NCBI GenBank assembly: GCA_017937135.1
Contig: JAGBEE010000020.1
Span: forward strand, 78,296 to 142,295
Source: Clostridia bacterium
GTDB lineage: Bacteria; Bacillota; Clostridia; Oscillospirales; CAG-272
Direction of reading: 5' to 3'
Length of the DNA stretch: 64,000 nucleotides
Shown one piece after another: positions 59,317 through 64,000 of this stretch; position 1 is the first letter of the stretch, and each line of letters opens with the position of its first letter. A program made the translations under genes and the position numbers. The notes beneath the pieces were generated by a model. That model was not told the origin of the DNA. It made no database searches and saw nothing but the letters and a program-made list of their open reading frames with translations.

Positions 59317-59345
59317 ATTGTATCACAACAATATTATTATGTCAA
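59317..59345 (-). promoter_or_regulatory. promoter of the infC operon
   Basis: On the minus strand: TTGACA (59345-59340), a 17-nt spacer, TACAAT (59322-59317). Confidence 0.6.
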
Positions 59346-59382
59346 TAGTTTTTTTGAAAAAACTTAAAATTTTCTATTTTTT

Positions 59383-59417
59383 GCTGACACTACCAAACAA
59401 CAATTGATAGTGTCAGC
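59383..59417. other. 10-bp perfect hairpin between the GH3 gene and the infC promoter
   Basis: GCTGACACTA ... TAGTGTCAGC with a 15-nt loop. The T-rich tail is on the plus strand only. Confidence 0.6.
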
Positions 59418-59424
59418 ATAATTT

Positions 59425-61797
59425 TTATTGTTTTATTACAAAATTAGTTTTAAGAACTAAATTCAAAAGTCTAACTGCGCATGCCTGTGCATCTTCTTTT
59501 TTAATTGTTCCATCGTTTAATCCATTCAAAATAGCCTTTGTATGACAGCCCGGCATTATAAGATCATTTCCTGCGTGAACGTGCTCTTGTGGTTTAGCGC
59601 AAGTATTCCAGTCGGTCATTACGATACCATCGTATTCCCATTCTCCTCTTAGCATACCCATCAATAAGTCATAATTTGTAGAAGCGAAAATACCATTTAT
59701 TCTGTTATACGCTGTCATAATAGCTTTTGGATGACCTTCCTCGACAGCAATTTTAAAGCCCTTCGTATATATTTCTCTTAATGCTCTTTCACTTAATTGC
59801 GAATCGGATACACCACGCTCATATTCAATGTTATTGCAAGCGAAATGCTTAACGGTAGTATATCTACCCGTGGGCTCTGCATTCTCGTTATATTGAACTC
59901 CTATGGTTATATAAGCACCGATTTTACCGGCAACCAATGGATCCTCTGAAAAATATTCAAAGTTTCTTCCATTAAGAGGATTTCTTTGAATGTTAATTCC
60001 AGGAGCGAGCCATCCCTCAATATCACTTAATTCAAGATCTGCGCAAATGCATTCTCCATATTTTCGCGCAGCATCAAGGTCCCATGAGTTTGCAAAGCAT
60101 GTACCTGATGGATATGCCACAACGCTATGTGCCACTTCTGTATCTGATTCAACAGGAGAACCAAATATAGAAAGTCTAATACCTGCAGGTCCATCAGCAC
60201 AAGCATTTACTGGTATTGCGTATTTTTCACTAGCCCACATTTCTCCCGCTGCTCCACGCACCTTTGAAGACATGCTTCCTACAGTTGCGTTAGCAGCAGA
60301 TCCCTCATAGATTACACCATTTAGCATTCTTGCAAGCTCTTCATTTGTAAATTGTGCAACCACATCCTCAAGAGTTGCCTTATTGGCTATTACATCGTTC
60401 AAGGTATAAACAATATCGTTGTTTTTAGGTGTTAATAGCTTTGGCGGATTCTCCTCTATTACATCACAAACAAGCGTTTCTACGCAATCACAGTCGAATT
60501 CATATACAGGTGCGTTAGCCTTTTCGTTATCTTCACCATCATATGTGATAGGGGTAGCTCCTTTTTTACTCAAAAGATTTAGTTCTGCTTGTTGAACAGC
60601 TCTATTCTTTACTACTGAGCAAATAACCTTCTTTTCGAAATTTATAGCGCAAGCTATATTAGTATTTCTCGAAGAGTTACCTACTCTTACATAATACTTG
60701 CCTTCTTCAAGAACATATTTAGCGCATTTTTCACAATAGCTTGCCATATCTGTTATATCAAATGACAAAACTACCTCACATGACTCTTGTGGCGCTAAAA
60801 CGTCTGTTTTGGCATATGCACAAAGATCCTGATAAGTTTTTTCAAGATTTCCATCGGGAGATGAAAGATAGCATTGTAAAACCTCTCTGCCGGGCATATC
60901 TCCCGTGTTAGTAACCTTAACGGCTATATCAACTATTTGTCCGTCTACTCTAATATCTAGAACTTCTCTTGAGAAGCTTGTATAGGAAAGTCCATATCCA
61001 AACGGATAGCGTACTCTTTTACCAAAGGTATCAAAATAGCGATATCCAACGTAAATTCCTTCATTATATGGAACAAACATTGTGTCTACGCCTTCTTTTG
61101 TTGGATAATCGTCATATGTATATGCCCAAGTCATAGCGAGCTTGCCGCTTGGAGTCACTTTTCCGCTTACTATATCTGCAACAGCGTAACCAAACATTTC
61201 TCCGCCAAGTGATACATCTATTATCGAATCTATTTTACAATCATCAATCGATGTTAAATCAAGCATTCCACAAACATTCAACAATAAAACTGTATGTTCA
61301 AAGCTCTTTGAAACATTTTGAATAAGCTCAATTTCTTCTTTGTGTAGCTTTATAAATCCCTCTTCATTTTTTAAATCTCTGGCTTCTCCACTACATCTAC
61401 CAATTGTAACTATAGCGACATCATTATTCTTTGAAGCATCATCGATGATATATTTATCAAGCTTAATTTCATTAAAACGGAACGTCCACTCATCCCAATT
61501 TCTGTTCACTGTTGCGTACTCAGCGTTGTGCTCATCAACCCATTTTAGGCAAGCATTTTGAACATTATCATCAAGTGTATATCCAGCATCCAAAAGTCCT
61601 TCATTTATTTGAATTATTTTTTGCGCAAGCATATCTCCAGAGCCCCAACCAAGACGGAAGCATCTATAAGAATTGATACCAAAAAGTGCTATTTTTTTGC
61701 TTTTTTCAAGTGGAAGTAAGTTTCCATCATTTTTAAGCAAAACCATTCCGTCAGCTGCAGCTTGACGAGCAAAATCCATTTTTTCTTGTCTTAACAT
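59425..61797 (-). CDS. glycoside hydrolase family 3 (beta-glucosidase-like), reversed domain order
   Basis: 790 aa. The N-terminus carries the LLKNDGNLLPL block typical of the GH3 second domain. The C-terminus carries the catalytic barrel (VKHFACNN, MTAYNRING, and nucleophile context GIVMTDW). Confidence 0.88.
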   Translation of the reverse strand: MLRQEKMDFARQAAADGMVLLKNDGNLLPLEKSKKIALFGINSYRCFRLGWGSGDMLAQKIIQINEGLLDAGYTLDDNVQNACLKWVDEHNAEYATVNRNWDEWTFRFNEIKLDKYIIDDASKNNDVAIVTIGRCSGEARDLKNEEGFIKLHKEEIELIQNVSKSFEHTVLLLNVCGMLDLTSIDDCKIDSIIDVSLGGEMFGYAVADIVSGKVTPSGKLAMTWAYTYDDYPTKEGVDTMFVPYNEGIYVGYRYFDTFGKRVRYPFGYGLSYTSFSREVLDIRVDGQIVDIAVKVTNTGDMPGREVLQCYLSSPDGNLEKTYQDLCAYAKTDVLAPQESCEVVLSFDITDMASYCEKCAKYVLEEGKYYVRVGNSSRNTNIACAINFEKKVICSVVKNRAVQQAELNLLSKKGATPITYDGEDNEKANAPVYEFDCDCVETLVCDVIEENPPKLLTPKNNDIVYTLNDVIANKATLEDVVAQFTNEELARMLNGVIYEGSAANATVGSMSSKVRGAAGEMWASEKYAIPVNACADGPAGIRLSIFGSPVESDTEVAHSVVAYPSGTCFANSWDLDAARKYGECICADLELSDIEGWLAPGINIQRNPLNGRNFEYFSEDPLVAGKIGAYITIGVQYNENAEPTGRYTTVKHFACNNIEYERGVSDSQLSERALREIYTKGFKIAVEEGHPKAIMTAYNRINGIFASTNYDLLMGMLRGEWEYDGIVMTDWNTCAKPQEHVHAGNDLIMPGCHTKAILNGLNDGTIKKEDAQACAVRLLNLVLKTNFVIKQ

Positions 61798-61831
61798 AAA
61801 AACTCCTAAATATAAATTCTATGATTATATA

Positions 61832-61860
61832 TTTTATCATAATACTTGTAAATAGTCAAT
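61832..61860 (-). promoter_or_regulatory. promoter of the GH3 gene
   Basis: On the minus strand: TTGACT (61860-61855), a 17-nt spacer, TAAAAT (61837-61832). Confidence 0.55.
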
Positions 61861-61873
61861 AACACTCCAAAAT

Positions 61874-62854
61874 TTATTTTGAAAACGAAACAATATCATT
61901 CTTCGCATCATTGAGAATAAAAGCAACGTCATCACTTTTTCCATCATTAAACAAAGAATCAATTGCTTGCAATACAAGAGACCTTACTGCGCCCTTTTTA
62001 GTGTAAATCGAGTTTTTTTCGTAAGAAGGGTTGTTTTTAGCAAGATTTTGTAGTATACTAATTATAGAAGGTGTGTCACCGCCAGCGTTCGAGTTATTCT
62101 CGGCAAGGCTGGTCTTGAACGGTTGCGCACCTTCTTCTTTTATTGTCGCAACCTCGTGAACGTAAAACCTATTATTTTCCTTGTTTCGAATAACTACAAC
62201 ACCCATATAGTGCTTTTCATTTGCTATTATTATTGGTGCTGCAATTGCTGCAGTATCATAACCTCTGCCCTTCCAATTTTTTTGATAATCTACAACCTTA
62301 CCATTTTTAATAACATCGGGAACTGCTGCAAAGGTAGCAGCCTTTTTTCTTCCTATTCCGTGAGCGATATCGTCTTTAATTCCACGTTTGTCAATTAAAA
62401 CCTTGCCCACCTCTTTATTATAAACCCGATAATTGAATGTTTTGAAATATTCGTCTACTTGCGTTACTAAGTCAAGCTCGTCATAATATTTCGTGCCCTC
62501 AGTTGTATGTGTAATCTCGTGCATTGCTACAAATTTAGCCACATCTTCACCACTTAAATCAGCCTTGTTGTTTATGTATATAACTCCTTCGTTAGGATTA
62601 TAAAAGGCTCTATTTTGTGCGCTGTCGTTTGTAATAACAACACTTGCTCTTTCACCTATAACCCTTTCAATAACGCTTTTAGCTTCCCTTGCACTCTCTG
62701 TTATTGTTTCTTGAGTGGACACAGGCTTGTGACTAAGAGTACCAGATATCGCTCTTATATTACTTGATACACCCTGAGCGTTCATATCCTTAGCAACCAA
62801 ATTCTTTTTAAGAGTTCCATCCTTTGCATCAAACGCATTTTTATATACGCCCAT
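61874..62854 (-). CDS. hypothetical protein with an HExxH zincin-like motif; resembles an internal piece of phage or conjugative-element polyvalent proteins (possible remnant)
   Basis: 326 aa. RAFYNPNEGVIYINNKADLSGEDVAKFVAMHEITHTTEG (HExxH), then a KRGIKDDIAHGIG...YMGVVVIRNKENNRFYVHEV segment. Poor SD. The frame stays open for 19 start-less codons upstream, reaching into repeat copy B. Confidence 0.5.
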   Translation of the reverse strand: MGVYKNAFDAKDGTLKKNLVAKDMNAQGVSSNIRAISGTLSHKPVSTQETITESAREAKSVIERVIGERASVVITNDSAQNRAFYNPNEGVIYINNKADLSGEDVAKFVAMHEITHTTEGTKYYDELDLVTQVDEYFKTFNYRVYNKEVGKVLIDKRGIKDDIAHGIGRKKAATFAAVPDVIKNGKVVDYQKNWKGRGYDTAAIAAPIIIANEKHYMGVVVIRNKENNRFYVHEVATIKEEGAQPFKTSLAENNSNAGGDTPSIISILQNLAKNNPSYEKNSIYTKKGAVRSLVLQAIDSLFNDGKSDDVAFILNDAKNDIVSFSK

Positions 62855-62898
62855 TCCACTAAGATAATTTGCCCTCGAGGCTTTTTTAAAAGGAGGCT

Positions 62899-63032
62899 TG
62901 AGTATAGCACATTAAGAAATTTTGAACACCATATGCTGTGTTAACAAAAAAATCAAGGTCTCCCGAATGAAAGATCTTGATTTTTATTGATTTTGTATAG
63001 ATAATATATAAAAAGCTAATTTGTGTCAATCC
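62899..63032. repeat. intergenic repeat, copy B (partner at 28729-28863)
   Basis: Same order of blocks as copy A: hairpin 62952-62981 and the identical 20-mer at 63010-63029. Confidence 0.75.
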
Positions 63033-63040
63033 ATAGAGGT

Positions 63041-64000
63041 TTATTTTTTAGGATAGCTATCCTTTAGTCCTACTATTCTATTGTAGGTATTTTCATACTT
63101 TGTATCCTTACAATAGTAACCATTTCTTACAAATTGGAATTTTTCTCCTGGATTAGCTTCGCTAAGACATTTTTCAATTAAAGCATTTTCAACCTTAACA
63201 AGTGAATTTGGATTCAAATAATCATTATATGTCTTACCCTCTGGCATATCGCCAAGATTTTCAATGGTAAATAGCTTATCGTAAAGCATAAGAGTAGCTT
63301 TTTCCGCATTCTCAGCGCTAAGCCAATGAATTGTACCCTTAACCTTACGTCCATCAACAGGATTTCCATTTCCAGATTCAAGGTCAGCTGTACATCTTAT
63401 TTCAACGATTTCTCCGTTCTCATCCTTTATTATTTCGTTGCATTTAACGATATAAGCACCCATCAATCTAACCTCTCCATCTGGCTTAAGACGGAAAAAT
63501 TTAGGTGGTGGAACCTCTTCAAAATCACTCTTATCAATGTAAACCTCACGAGTAAACGCAAGATTTCTTGTACCAGCGTTAGGATCATTTGGGTTATTAG
63601 ACACTGGGAAGTATTCCACTTTATTTTCATCATAGTTTGTAATAACAAGCTTGATTGGATTTGAAACACAAATTCTTCTTTGTGCAGTCATATTAAGCTC
63701 TTCTCTAATACAGTGCTCGAGAAGCTCGATATCTACTATACTATATGCCTTTGCAACTCCTGCACGACTTATAAAATCGATAATTGATGCAGGTGTATAT
63801 CCACGCCTTCTAAGACCACAGAGTGTAGGCATTCTTGGGTCATCCCATCCATCTACCATATTGTTTTCTACAAGATATCTTAGATATCTCTTGCTCATTA
63901 CGGTATAAGTTACGTTTAATCTTGCAAACTCTCTTTGTTTTGGCTTATTTTCAAAGCCTATATTATCAACCACCCATTCATAAAGAGGACGGTGGTTTTC
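63041..64000 (-). CDS. glnS: glutamine--tRNA ligase, C-terminal part; 5' end lies outside the window
   Basis: RLNVTYTVMSKRYL, GWDDPRMPTLCGLRRRGYTPASI and the C-terminal beta-barrel anticodon domains. The frame stays open to the window edge beyond the track's Met. Confidence 0.93.
   Translation of the reverse strand, partial: ENHRPLYEWVVDNIGFENKPKQREFARLNVTYTVMSKRYLRYLVENNMVDGWDDPRMPTLCGLRRRGYTPASIIDFISRAGVAKAYSIVDIELLEHCIREELNMTAQRRICVSNPIKLVITNYDENKVEYFPVSNNPNDPNAGTRNLAFTREVYIDKSDFEEVPPPKFFRLKPDGEVRLMGAYIVKCNEIIKDENGEIVEIRCTADLESGNGNPVDGRKVKGTIHWLSAENAEKATLMLYDKLFTIENLGDMPEGKTYNDYLNPNSLVKVENALIEKCLSEANPGEKFQFVRNGYYCKDTKYENTYNRIVGLKDSYPKK

Noticed and set aside
28729-63032. The two direct repeat copies could be the boundaries of a 34-kb mobile element or genomic island.
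   Set aside because: The interior is almost entirely essential core genes in conserved order (polC, dxr, pyrH, leuS, smc, topA, infC and others). There is no integrase, transposase, or conjugation or phage module.
1-64000. A search by eye for tRNA, rRNA, tmRNA, SRP RNA, RNase P RNA, CRISPR arrays, IS elements, integrases and toxin-antitoxin pairs.
   Set aside because: I saw no clover-leaf-like GC-rich islands, no regularly spaced repeats, and no transposase- or integrase-like translations. All gaps over 100 bp are AT-rich promoter or terminator regions.

Overview
This is a low-GC, very gene-dense chromosomal core segment from a spore-forming Firmicute. It looks Clostridia-like: spoIIID, yqfC, yqfD, a ylbJ-like gene, polC and glnS are all present. 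I call 63 protein genes, 51 of them on the minus strand. All calls come from reading the supplied translations and the DNA by eye; no database search was run.

Conserved housekeeping neighbourhoods:
- ylxM-ffh-rpsP-KH
- yqfC-yqfD-phoH-ybeY-era-recO-mutS2
- pyrH-frr-uppS-cdsA-dxr-rseP-ispG-polC
- dprA-topA-trmFO-plsX-rnc-rSAM-smc-ftsY-rdgB-yhbY-nadD-yqeK-rsfS-leuS
- infC-rpmI-rplT

rpsU (58 aa) is absent from the ORF track and was recovered by hand. I saw no rRNA, tRNA, CRISPR array, transposase or integrase.

The non-core content is small: a rhaB-rhaA-SIS-prs-paralog array, a LytTR plus membrane-protein pair, DUF3343 plus a cysteine desulfurase, an islet with an orphan BlaI-like repressor, an orphan ACP and a short ROK-like protein, and a domain-permuted GH3 next to an orphan fragment resembling a polyvalent-protein metallopeptidase.

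I found no convincing complete novel multi-gene system. The best leads are:
- an mgtE leader with no recognisable M-box, but with a leader ORF and two mutually exclusive helices, one of which would sequester the SD (Shine-Dalgarno ribosome-binding site)
- a ~135-nt intergenic element present twice, each copy at the edge of an accessory islet
- the rha/SIS/prs-paralog array, which lacks rhaD
- the orphan polyvalent-protein-like ORF
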